64,000 nucleotides of DNA from a virus, in the IMG/VR virus record IMGVR_UViG_3300045988_180880, positions 160,001 to 224,000 of that record; one strand, written 5' to 3'. Under the pieces are notes generated by a model. It was not told the origin of the DNA and made no database searches. It worked only from the letters and a program-made list of their open reading frames with translations. Positions 28,002 through 35,886 of this stretch are shown in pieces. A program made the translations under genes and the position numbers. Position 1 is the first letter of the stretch. Every line of letters starts with the position of its first letter.

Positions 28002-28017
28002 CATATATAAGGCCTTT
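28002..28017 (-). promoter_or_regulatory. class I promoter-like motif AAAGGCCTTATATATG (minus sense)
   Basis: Lies in a divergent intergenic region, 100 nt upstream of start 27901. Confidence 0.4.
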
Positions 28018-28053
28018 AAGGATTTTGAAATGGAGTAATTTTTGACTCTATTT

Positions 28054-28068
28054 TCCTTATTAATGTAT
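28054..28068 (+). promoter_or_regulatory. class II promoter-like motif TCCTTATTAATGTAT
   Basis: Lies 20 nt upstream of ATG 28088 and is identical to the copy at 1079. Confidence 0.4.
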
Positions 28069-28087
28069 AATAAAAATATAAAAAATT

Positions 28088-28633
28088 ATGATAGAAAATG
28101 ACAATTTACTATTTTTAGGTTTTGTTGGTGTTATAGTAATAATATGGTATATATTATTTTATGTATGGCTAGTAAAACGAAGAAAAGATTTAATTTTTGT
28201 TCGTGATGTTTGGATAGATGAAGTTTCTGAAGTTGATATCATCTTACAATCTATGAAGGTATATAAACTTTCAGAATGTGTTACTCGCCAAGAAAAATAT
28301 TATCAAGAATTAATCAAATATAAGAACGACAAAAGAGATTATTTATTTTTCCACCCTATTGGAGATAAGAAAGGTCAAGAAGAATTTTACAAGAATATGA
28401 TAATAGCAACAGAATTAGTCCTAGATATTGATTCTTTAGAACCAGGTGATCAAGTTGTTATCAGTATCTCTGGAAAATTTTACTTAAGGAAAGTATATAA
28501 ACTTGACTTCGAAAATAATATTATATATTATAAAGAACCGAACAATACAGTAGTATCTGAAGCGAAATTATATAGTGTAGTATCTAAAGTTAAATTAATA
28601 TTTGGTAAAGATTTATTAAAAGAAATATTATGA
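28088..28633 (+). CDS. membrane-anchored hypothetical protein
   Basis: 181 aa with an N-terminal TM segment LLFLGFVGVIVIIWYILFYVWLV. Confidence 0.7.
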   Translation: MIENDNLLFLGFVGVIVIIWYILFYVWLVKRRKDLIFVRDVWIDEVSEVDIILQSMKVYKLSECVTRQEKYYQELIKYKNDKRDYLFFHPIGDKKGQEEFYKNMIIATELVLDIDSLEPGDQVVISISGKFYLRKVYKLDFENNIIYYKEPNNTVVSEAKLYSVVSKVKLIFGKDLLKEIL

Positions 28634-28977
28634 AAGATTTAATTAAAGAAACATTCAAAGTAATGTATGTAAAAGAAGGAATGAATCAGACTAAAAACTT
28701 AATCTCACAAGAAGATTATGAAGAAAAAGTTAAACCAATTCTAAAAGAGATTCAAGAACTAGAGTCAAAACAATCTGAGTATAACAAGAAAAATAAAAAG
28801 TATCAAGAACTCGAAAAGGAGATTAGAACACTCAAGGGAAAACTTAAACCCCTGGGAGAATGGTTTACTTCTAGATCACCTCTTGGAAAAGCCTTAGAGA
28901 ATGGTGGACTCTTAATATTACCTTCACAACAAGGAGGTACTCATAAAGTAGAATTTATAAAAGAAGAGGTGGTATGA
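28630..28977 (+). CDS. hypothetical protein
   Basis: 115-aa ORF with a 4-nt overlap. Confidence 0.7.
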   Translation: MKDLIKETFKVMYVKEGMNQTKNLISQEDYEEKVKPILKEIQELESKQSEYNKKNKKYQELEKEIRTLKGKLKPLGEWFTSRSPLGKALENGGLLILPSQQGGTHKVEFIKEEVV

Positions 28978-29246
28978 GAATTCGAGAATCATTACTTAGA
29001 AAATCTGCTATATATGGAGTAGTATTTCAACGTTCAGAACCAAAGAAGTCATTTTTTAATCCTGGAAGACCCTGTAAAGTAATATTATATGTAACAGGAG
29101 AAATCAGACCAGTTGAATTTAATTATGGAGATGATGATACTATGGGATATGATGTATATAAACGCTTGAAAGATGAACTGAATATAACCACTGGAGATGA
29201 TGTTATAGAAATTATGAAGTTTATGTTGGAGGAAAAGAAAGAATGA
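28974..29246 (+). CDS. hypothetical protein
   Basis: 90-aa ORF with a 4-nt overlap. Confidence 0.65.
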   Translation: MRIRESLLRKSAIYGVVFQRSEPKKSFFNPGRPCKVILYVTGEIRPVEFNYGDDDTMGYDVYKRLKDELNITTGDDVIEIMKFMLEEKKE

Positions 29247-29941
29247 TAAAAATAGGTTGTTTATCGGATATTCATGGTTATGTTTATGATTTACAAACAA
29301 AATGTTACCCAGAGATTGAACTTCTAATTATTGCTGGAGATCTGTGTCCCACTGATGAAGTTATGTATCAAGAAGAGTGGCTTGAATATAATTATCAGAA
29401 TATATTCATGAATAAGAAAATATTTCCGGATCTTCAAGAAATTATAATAGTTCCCGGAAATCATGACTACTGGATTGAGAGACACTATGATGACTTCCTC
29501 ACACTTAGAAAGATATTTGGATACTCTACTAAAGTTCTGGTTGATGAAGAGTATGAATATATTTCTGGAATTACTGGAGAATCAGTAAAGATATATGGAA
29601 ATCCTAGAACTTCTTTATGGTTACACGCTTTCCCACATAAACCTGGAAATATTGATATCTTAGAAATTCCAGGAGGAATAGATATTTTAGTAACTCATGA
29701 AGCCCCTAGAATATATCAACTTGAATGTATAAAACAATCTCAGAGGTGGTATGGAAAAGATGAACCTGGGAATCTAGCATTATCACAAAGAGTATTAGAG
29801 ATCAATCCAAGGTATCACGTGTTTGGTCACATACATTACCCGGAAAGAGGTGAAGTATCTGGAATAAAATTTATGAATGTATCTCAACAAACTAGAGAAA
29901 ATTATACTCCTAAGATACATATAATAGAATATACAGAATAA
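29243..29941 (+). CDS. calcineurin-like metallophosphoesterase
   Basis: Motifs CLSDIHGY, IAGDLC, VPGNHD, VTHEAP and FGHIH. Confidence 0.8.
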   Translation: MIKIGCLSDIHGYVYDLQTKCYPEIELLIIAGDLCPTDEVMYQEEWLEYNYQNIFMNKKIFPDLQEIIIVPGNHDYWIERHYDDFLTLRKIFGYSTKVLVDEEYEYISGITGESVKIYGNPRTSLWLHAFPHKPGNIDILEIPGGIDILVTHEAPRIYQLECIKQSQRWYGKDEPGNLALSQRVLEINPRYHVFGHIHYPERGEVSGIKFMNVSQQTRENYTPKIHIIEYTE

Positions 29942-29947
29942 AAAATA

Positions 29948-29990
29948 AAGAGAGGTCTTGACTAATTAAAAGTCAAGTTAAACCTCTCTT
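29948..29990. terminator. nested-hairpin bidirectional terminator, copy 2 (inverted copy of 15615-15658)
   Basis: AAGAGAGGTCTTGACTAATTAAAAGTCAAGTTAAACCTCTCTT lies between convergent genes. It is identical to the reverse complement of copy 1 apart from a single 1-nt indel (hand alignment). Confidence 0.6.
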
Positions 29991-29998
29991 TTTATTTC

Positions 29999-30244
29999 TT
30001 AAAGATATTTTTCTAGAAATTCTTTTAGTTCTTCCTCTGTACTATTTACAAAGGAAAATATTTTTTGTTTGGGTACATATTTTCCTTTAACTTTTTCTAC
30101 ACAAAACACTACTAGGTTAGTTCCAAAAAGTTCTAGTTGATCCATTCCATCATATCCTCCAAAGAAACTTCCTTTTTTAGTTTCATACAGATCTATATCT
30201 GGATAATTCTTTTCAAAATAATTGTAAACTTCTTTCTGTGTCAT
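29999..30244 (-). CDS. hypothetical protein
   Basis: 81-aa ORF with a CCTTATATGTG motif (30270-30280, minus sense) upstream. Confidence 0.65.
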   Translation of the reverse strand: MTQKEVYNYFEKNYPDIDLYETKKGSFFGGYDGMDQLELFGTNLVVFCVEKVKGKYVPKQKIFSFVNSTEEELKEFLEKYL

Positions 30245-30323
30245 TTTTCTTAATTTATTTTACTATTTACACATATAAGGAAATCAACCGTCCAAAAATT
30301 CGACCGTCTGAGAAACCGGGAAA

Positions 30324-30338
30324 ATCTTATAAATGTAT
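30324..30338 (+). promoter_or_regulatory. class II promoter-like motif ATCTTATAAATGTAT
   Basis: Heads a stretch of about 400 nt with no long ORF that contains the tRNA-like element. Confidence 0.35.
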
Positions 30339-30545
30339 TAAAAGACACAATAACAAAAAAAAGACATCATAGGCGTCTCAAGAAATGCGTAATGTATAGC
30401 TTGAGCTTGTGAAGAACTGAAAAATCATGTAAGGTTTAAATCTCACTAATCTCTTCAGAACTTCTACGTTTATGAGGTGCAAAATTAAACAACTTTAAAC
30501 GACACAACAACAAAATTAAAATTAAAATAATTAACTGAATCTATA

Positions 30546-30623
30546 GACAAGATAGTTTAGCGGGTCAAAACACTAAGATAATTGTTTATCTTAGAATCTC
30601 AGGTTAGAATCCTGATCAAGTTC
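30546..30623 (+). ncRNA. tRNA-like element (possibly a degenerate tRNA)
   Basis: It has U8-A9, a D arm GTTT-AGCGGGTCA-AAAC and a T arm TCAGG-TTAGAAT-CCTGA. The anticodon arm is a 22-nt hairpin (8 bp plus a 6-nt loop). The acceptor GACAAGA/TCAAGTT has two A-A mismatches, and T-loop position 56 is A. Confidence 0.4.
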
Positions 30624-30659
30624 TCTAGATTTATAATAGTTAATTATTTTATTTTTTCC

Positions 30660-30675
30660 AACTGGATTCTGTATT
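30660..30675 (+). repeat. 16-nt direct repeat AACTGGATTCTGTATT (copy 1)
   Basis: An identical 16-mer recurs at 32771-32786. Both copies lie upstream of plus-strand units. Confidence 0.6.
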
Positions 30676-30689
30676 AAAAATATTTTCCA

Positions 30690-30722
30690 TCTCAAAAAAT
30701 GCTAAAAGCCTTATATATGAGA
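30690..30722 (+). promoter_or_regulatory. class I promoter-like element (core AAAGCCTTATATATG at 30705-30719)
   Basis: The roughly 32-nt block TCTCAAAAA(A)TGCTAAAAGCCTTATATATGAGA is repeated at 32058-32089. It lies 33 nt upstream of ATG 30752. Confidence 0.45.
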
Positions 30723-30751
30723 TAATAAAAGTAAATAAATACTCCTTAAGC

Positions 30752-31376
30752 ATGACAAAAAGCTTAAAGGAGTTTAATTTTTTAAAAATAAAGATTATGA
30801 AAAGAATTAACAAAATGAATGAGTTGAATGTAGTAAACAGTAAAGTAACGGCAGAATTAGTTAAACCAGAAATTACAGGACATGCTACATCAAATTTTGA
30901 AACAACCTTCCCTATTCCAAAGGTAGGAGAAGTGAAAATGAAGATTGACGTGACAAGTACAGTAACGTCATCAATAGCCGCTCAAGAAAAATTGGATGAG
31001 TTGGCAGAAAAAAAGAGCAAACCGAACCTTAGAAAACATTGGAAAATTTGTGGGTTTGGTACTTGAGAAATCTCCGGAAATATTTGATATGTTCCAGAGT
31101 TTCGCAGAAAAGAATGAACAATACAAAGAAAAGTTCAGAGAAAAACAAAGCTTGGAAGAATGGGATGAAAAAGTAAATAATCTCATCTTCCTGCTAAGAC
31201 AAAAACCTAGTTCAATGACGAATCTAGAGTTTTTAGAAGAGACGTTAGAGAATGGGGATTATGAATCTCAAAAAATCTCTAAATGGGCGATCTTACAGTT
31301 TAATAAAAATAACCTTGGATTGCTGAATGAAAGACAAAGAGATTCATTAGCTAGTATAGGTTTTATTGGCTATTGA
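30752..31376 (+). CDS. hypothetical protein with an interrupted frame (track ORFs 30752..31066 and 30996..31376)
   Basis: ..QEKLDELAEK in frame A continues sensibly as RANRTLENIGKFVGLVLEK.. in the +1 frame. The break is at the A7 run 31008-31014. Confidence 0.5.
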
Positions 31377-31467
31377 AATTTAAAAAAGGTAGAAGGACGA
31401 TAAAAAGTTCTTCTACTTCTTTTTCTCCCTTGACTTTCTTATATATGTATTATTAATAAAATATATT

Positions 31468-31947
31468 ATGGGAACAAATTTCTATGCAGTAATCCCAGTG
31501 AAAAAAAGGGATAAAGAAAAAGCAAAAAAATTAATTGACGAAAACAAATTTAGTGAAGCAGCCGATCTTTTAAAGGATATAACAAAAGAAATACACCTAG
31601 GTAAAAGATCGGCCGGGTGGAAGTTTTTATTCAACGCCAATCTCGGAAAATATTATGAACTTACTCGCGAAGGTATAAATAAGTTCTTCGCGAAAAATAA
31701 TGTTATAATAAAAGACGAATATGGCGTTGAGTATACGGCCGAGGAATTTTGGGAGAGTGAATTAAAAGAGTTCTTGGATAAAGGATATGACTTAGAGAGC
31801 TACTATAATGACAATCCAGATGAAGTTAGTCCATATTTTAGCTACTCTCGATCAATACCTTCCGAACTAAAAAAATATAACCCAAATAAATACGGGGAAT
31901 TTTATAGTGATGGTCTAAGATTCACCATCACTGAAGATTTTTGTTAA
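31468..31947 (+). CDS. hypothetical protein
   Basis: 159-aa ORF with a CTTATATATGTATT motif about 25 nt upstream. A terminator hairpin follows at about 31963-32000. Confidence 0.7.
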   Translation: MGTNFYAVIPVKKRDKEKAKKLIDENKFSEAADLLKDITKEIHLGKRSAGWKFLFNANLGKYYELTREGINKFFAKNNVIIKDEYGVEYTAEEFWESELKEFLDKGYDLESYYNDNPDEVSPYFSYSRSIPSELKKYNPNKYGEFYSDGLRFTITEDFC

Positions 31948-32057
31948 CGCCATAAAAATAAAGGATATAAGTGTAATAAAAGCTTGTATCCTTTTTATTT
32001 TCTGTTCTTGAAGAAAAAGAAAAGGATAGCACATATACCACCCTTTTCTCCTAACCG

Positions 32058-32089
32058 TCTCAAAAATGCTAAAAGCCTTATATATGAGA
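32058..32089 (+). promoter_or_regulatory. class I promoter-like element (core at 32072-32086)
   Basis: A near-identical copy of 30690-30722. It is followed by an 11-bp inverted repeat AGAGAATAGAA..TTCTATTCTCT (32087-32155). Confidence 0.45.
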
Positions 32090-32190
32090 GAATAGAAATT
32101 AAACTATAGAATCCTAAAGTATTGAAAGAAATTGGATATAATAGTTCTATTCTCTAATATTTTTAACTAAAACTCAATTAAATATTTATT

Positions 32191-32343
32191 ATGAACATTG
32201 AGATTTTTAACGTAATACTATTCATACTATTCGCTGTAGTATGGATAGCTGGGAGTATCGTAGTGATATCCCTGGTAGCTTCAGTCTTAGTAAAAATATT
32301 ACTGAAGGCTTTGATAGCTACTTTCAATTTGGTTATTAATTAA
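32191..32343 (+). CDS. small hydrophobic protein (50 aa), not in the ORF track
   Basis: Hand translation gives MNIEIFNVILFILFAVVWIAGSIVVISLVASVLVKILLKALIATFNLVIN. It lies between a class I motif and a terminator. Confidence 0.5.
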   Translation: MNIEIFNVILFILFAVVWIAGSIVVISLVASVLVKILLKALIATFNLVIN

Positions 32344-32352
32344 TCAAATACA

Positions 32353-32380
32353 CCCTGGGCAAAATGTGCCTGGGGTTTTT
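32353..32380 (+). terminator. rho-independent terminator candidate
   Basis: Stem CCCTGGGC/GCCTGGGG (two G-U pairs), loop AAAATGT, then TTTTT. Confidence 0.6.
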
Positions 32381-32400
32381 CTTTCATATATTAGAATCTA

Positions 32401-32610
32401 AAGGACTATAGAGAGCAAAATTGTCCTTAAAGTTCGAAGACAAAGGAGCTTCCCGTTATCTATCCCCTCCGATCGCTACCGCTGAGGGGATCTAAGGAAG
32501 AAACTTTGAATAAGATATATAGGAATGATAATAGGTTTTTCTCCGATTATTTAGATTTAAGTATATAGATTTTATTCAGATTTCCGCCTTCAAGAGGCGG
32601 ATCTTATTTT
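32401..32610 (+). ncRNA. candidate structured RNA with a local GC-rich core
   Basis: There is no ORF. Hairpins: AAGGAC/GTCCTT (32401-32428), nested CTTCC..CCCCTC/GAGGGG..GGAAG (32449-32500), the long-range pair TGAATAA/TTATTCA, and a terminal TCCGCC/GGCGGA hairpin plus T-rich tail (32583-32610). Confidence 0.35.
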
Positions 32611-32770
32611 AATATTAAAAAGTGTCCTTTTTTTTTCAGATTTAGATTTATTTACTATTTTATATTTTTATGATATCTAAAGTGACAAAACGCATGTATT
32701 ATCCTTTTAAACTCTAATTAATGAAAAAGGGATCCTCCTGTGTCTTCAATTTAAAAAGACAATTTATTAA

Positions 32771-32786
32771 AACTGGATTCTGTATT
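32771..32786 (+). repeat. 16-nt direct repeat AACTGGATTCTGTATT (copy 2)
   Basis: Identical to 30660-30675. It lies 35 nt upstream of ATG 32821. Confidence 0.6.
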
Positions 32787-32820
32787 GAATTAAAAATAAC
32801 AATTAAAATATTTAATATTT

Positions 32821-34899
32821 ATGATCAATAAATTACCTGATATCATAGTACCTAGAGGTATTAGATATATTTCAGAAATGGATAGTTTATTTAGATTTTA
32901 TAAACTACCTGTAAAGTGTATAATAAATAAGCAACTTCCAGGTTGTGGTTTCACTGAATACTGTATTAATGGTCCTGAGAATGTAATACTTTGTTCTCCT
33001 AGAAAAATGTTACTTAAGAATAAAAAAGATCAACATGAATTTGAAGTTTATCTAGTTGTGAATGAATTAGAAAAAGAAATAGAGGTTGATAAAGATCTCT
33101 CTAAACTAGATAAATCTAGATCATTTATGGAAAAATTAAAAGAGTGTACTGGAGAGGATAAAAATGATATTTATAATCGATTAATGAGAGAAATTAAAGA
33201 TTATATTAATTTCCGAAAGTCTTATGATAAACCTTATAAGATTCTAGTAACATACGATTCATATAGAATTGTAAAGGATATCCTAGAGAGTCTTGGAATA
33301 TTTCAATCATTCTACACTGTAATAGATGAATTTCAGACAATCCTACATGATGCTAGATTTAAGTCAGATACCGAATTAGGATTTCTTTATTATCTTAAAC
33401 AATCTCATAGTGCATTATTTGTATCAGCAACCCCTATGTTAGAGGAATATTTAAATATGTTAGATGAATTTAATGGTCTCCCATACATAGATATGAATTG
33501 GGGAAAAGAAGATCCTAGTCGAATAATTAGACCGAATCTAAAGGTGTTATCTATGATGAGTGTGGGGACTAAGTTACCAGAAATTATTCAATCCTACAAG
33601 GATGGTAATTTTGAGAGAGCTATTAGGATGATTAATGGATATCCTAGGGAAATAATATCAGATGAAGCAGTGCTTTATGTAAACTCTGTTAATCATATAG
33701 TTAGTATTATAAAAAAGTGTGATCTCCAACCTGAAGAAGTAAATATTCTATGTAGTAAAACAGAGGGAAATCTTAAACGTATACAGAAAAAACTAGGAAA
33801 GAGGTTTGTAATAGGAGAAGTACCATTAAAAGGAGTAAAACCTAAAATGTTCACCTTCTGTACAAGGACTGTATATCTAGGAGCCGATTTTTATTCTACA
33901 TGTGCTAGAAGTTTTATATTTAGCGATAGTAATATAGATACTTTAGCTGTAGATATTTCTGATGATCTCCCACAAATCCTAGGTCGTCAGAGATTATTTG
34001 AGAATCCCTGGAAAAATGATGCTGTATTTTATTATAGGTCAATATGCGATTATAGAAAGGTTAGTCAAGAGGAGTTTGATAAAGAACTTGAAAGAAAAAA
34101 GAAGGCTACCAGTGATTTATTAAGATCTTTTGATTCTGCACCAGATGATGCTAAGTTAACTTTAGCAGAAAAATATCAGAAAGATGCTAAGATGTCTAAT
34201 TATAAAGATGATTATGTTTCTGTTAATAAACATCAAGGGTCAAGTTTAATTCCAGTTCTTAATAATCTCGTTCTGGTTAATGAGATTAGAGCTTTCAGAA
34301 TACAACAAATAGATTATAAAGATAGATTTACAGTATTCTCTAGTGTACATTCTGTTTTAGATACAAATGATATTATTAATCAAGAGGTGTCTAATTTCTT
34401 ATATCAGTATGAACAATTAGGAACATATTTTGAGAAAGCTAGATTATTATGTGAATCTGATTTATCCAAAGAGGTTATAGATTTAGTATTAGCTCAGATA
34501 TCAGAGGAAGATGATGTTAAATCTCATTATATAGCAATTGGACCTCAGAAATTTAGAGCTTTAGGATATAAAGCAACTCTAGTCAGAAGAGAATTAGGTA
34601 TAGTAACATTTAGTAAAGAGCTTTTAATAAATACAATATTTTCAAATTTTAGTATTGGAGATAGAATAAGTTCTGCAGAAGCTAAAGAAAGATTAAGATT
34701 TTTATACTCTTCTATTTCTTATACAGCTACTCCTAAAGCAACTGATTTAGATGCATATTTTATTACGAAAGAAGCAAAAGTTAATGAAATTTCAGAAGAT
34801 GGTACGAAGAAAAGAGTAAAAGGATTTGATATTATAGGAGTAAAACCAGAATATCAAGGAACATATAATAACTTAAAAATAATAAATAATCAATTATGA
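32821..34899 (+). CDS. SF2 helicase-like protein with an atypical motif I
   Basis: Motif II VIDEFQ, motif III VSATP, motif V-like TRTVYLGADF and motif VI QILGRQRL. The motif I position reads LPGCGFTE, with Phe where the GKT lysine is expected. Confidence 0.6.
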   Translation: MINKLPDIIVPRGIRYISEMDSLFRFYKLPVKCIINKQLPGCGFTEYCINGPENVILCSPRKMLLKNKKDQHEFEVYLVVNELEKEIEVDKDLSKLDKSRSFMEKLKECTGEDKNDIYNRLMREIKDYINFRKSYDKPYKILVTYDSYRIVKDILESLGIFQSFYTVIDEFQTILHDARFKSDTELGFLYYLKQSHSALFVSATPMLEEYLNMLDEFNGLPYIDMNWGKEDPSRIIRPNLKVLSMMSVGTKLPEIIQSYKDGNFERAIRMINGYPREIISDEAVLYVNSVNHIVSIIKKCDLQPEEVNILCSKTEGNLKRIQKKLGKRFVIGEVPLKGVKPKMFTFCTRTVYLGADFYSTCARSFIFSDSNIDTLAVDISDDLPQILGRQRLFENPWKNDAVFYYRSICDYRKVSQEEFDKELERKKKATSDLLRSFDSAPDDAKLTLAEKYQKDAKMSNYKDDYVSVNKHQGSSLIPVLNNLVLVNEIRAFRIQQIDYKDRFTVFSSVHSVLDTNDIINQEVSNFLYQYEQLGTYFEKARLLCESDLSKEVIDLVLAQISEEDDVKSHYIAIGPQKFRALGYKATLVRRELGIVTFSKELLINTIFSNFSIGDRISSAEAKERLRFLYSSISYTATPKATDLDAYFITKEAKVNEISEDGTKKRVKGFDIIGVKPEYQGTYNNLKIINNQL

Positions 34900-35084
34900 T
34901 AACATTTTTATTCTATTATTTTCTTATTGCAATATTTATCGGATTATTCTTTATTCATACTCTAGATAATATAAAAAATATACTCCCTGAAGATGAATAT
35001 AGGAAGATGAGACAGACTATTGTTAATTTTATGCCTTTCTTACCGATTGCATTGTTAGTTGTCTTGTTTTGGAAGAGATTTTAG
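34896..35084 (+). CDS. small membrane protein
   Basis: 62 aa with two hydrophobic segments and a 4-nt overlap with the upstream gene. Confidence 0.6.
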   Translation: MITFLFYYFLIAIFIGLFFIHTLDNIKNILPEDEYRKMRQTIVNFMPFLPIALLVVLFWKRF

Positions 35085-35107
35085 CTTTTTCCATATAATA
35101 ATCTTTC

Positions 35108-35122
35108 AAAGCCTTATATATG
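35108..35122 (+). promoter_or_regulatory. class I promoter-like motif AAAGCCTTATATATG
   Basis: Lies 26 nt upstream of ATG 35148. Confidence 0.45.
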
Positions 35123-35147
35123 TAGAAATAAACTTAAAAGAGAGATT

Positions 35148-35675
35148 ATGGAAAAGTTAAAATTTTGGTTAGATGAATTAGATCTAATCGCAAAGGAATT
35201 TAATCGTGAATATGAACAATTATGTAAAGAACACCTCACAAGATTGCAAAAAATTAATATGGAGCTAGATGAGGGTAGTCCAGAACATATTTTTGCATGT
35301 GAATATTACTACAATCTACTAGATAATAGATTGGAAAGTTTGAGAAGCCTTGGACAATTTTATATGTTATCAGTTACAAAAATGGACGAGGTGCTTAAGA
35401 AATCAAGAGAAAACGAAAATCCCGTTAAGAAGACTATAAGAAAAACGATAGATAATTTCATGGAATCTATTGAGAACCTAATGAAACTTCAGAACGGACT
35501 TAAAGGTTATTTGATGTCTCATATTGATAGTGTAAAATCTATCAAACCGGAGATGCAAAAAATGATGAATGAGTTCGAGACTAAGAAGTTGGTTAAGATT
35601 CCAGAAGGTTGGGATTTTTTAGAAGTTGATGATGAATATAATGTCATCGTAGCAAGGGAGAAAAAGGGAGCTTAA
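35148..35675 (+). CDS. hypothetical coiled-coil protein
   Basis: 175-aa ORF. A hairpin AGGGAGC/GCTTCCT plus a T-run overlaps the stop codon (about 35662-35690). Confidence 0.7.
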   Translation: MEKLKFWLDELDLIAKEFNREYEQLCKEHLTRLQKINMELDEGSPEHIFACEYYYNLLDNRLESLRSLGQFYMLSVTKMDEVLKKSRENENPVKKTIRKTIDNFMESIENLMKLQNGLKGYLMSHIDSVKSIKPEMQKMMNEFETKKLVKIPEGWDFLEVDDEYNVIVAREKKGA

Positions 35676-35707
35676 TGCTTCCTTCTCTTTTTTCTTCTCC
35701 CTTGAAT

Positions 35708-35720
35708 TCCTTACTAATGT
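35708..35720 (+). promoter_or_regulatory. class II-like motif TCCTTACTAATGT
   Basis: Heads a stretch of about 135 nt with only tiny ORFs, ending in the hairpin AAAGAAC/GTTCTTT plus a T-run (35820-35855). Confidence 0.25.
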
Positions 35721-35886
35721 GGATTAAAACTATGTGAGAACTAAAACAAAGTAATAATGAATCAAAAATCAAGATCACCCTGAAAAAAGATAAAAGTTAT
35801 TAGGGTTAAAACTATTATGAAAGAACTATGCGATGAGTGTGGTTCTTTCTTTTTGCTTCTCTTAAAAATGCAAAACCTTATAATTG

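Noticed and set aside
15615-29990. The inverted 43-44-nt elements as phage termini, att sites or transposon ends
   Set aside because: Each copy is itself a hairpin at a convergent gene junction, which is terminator-like. No integrase or transposase lies between or beside them, and no target-site duplication is evident. I kept it only as a possible inversion or module boundary in the findings.
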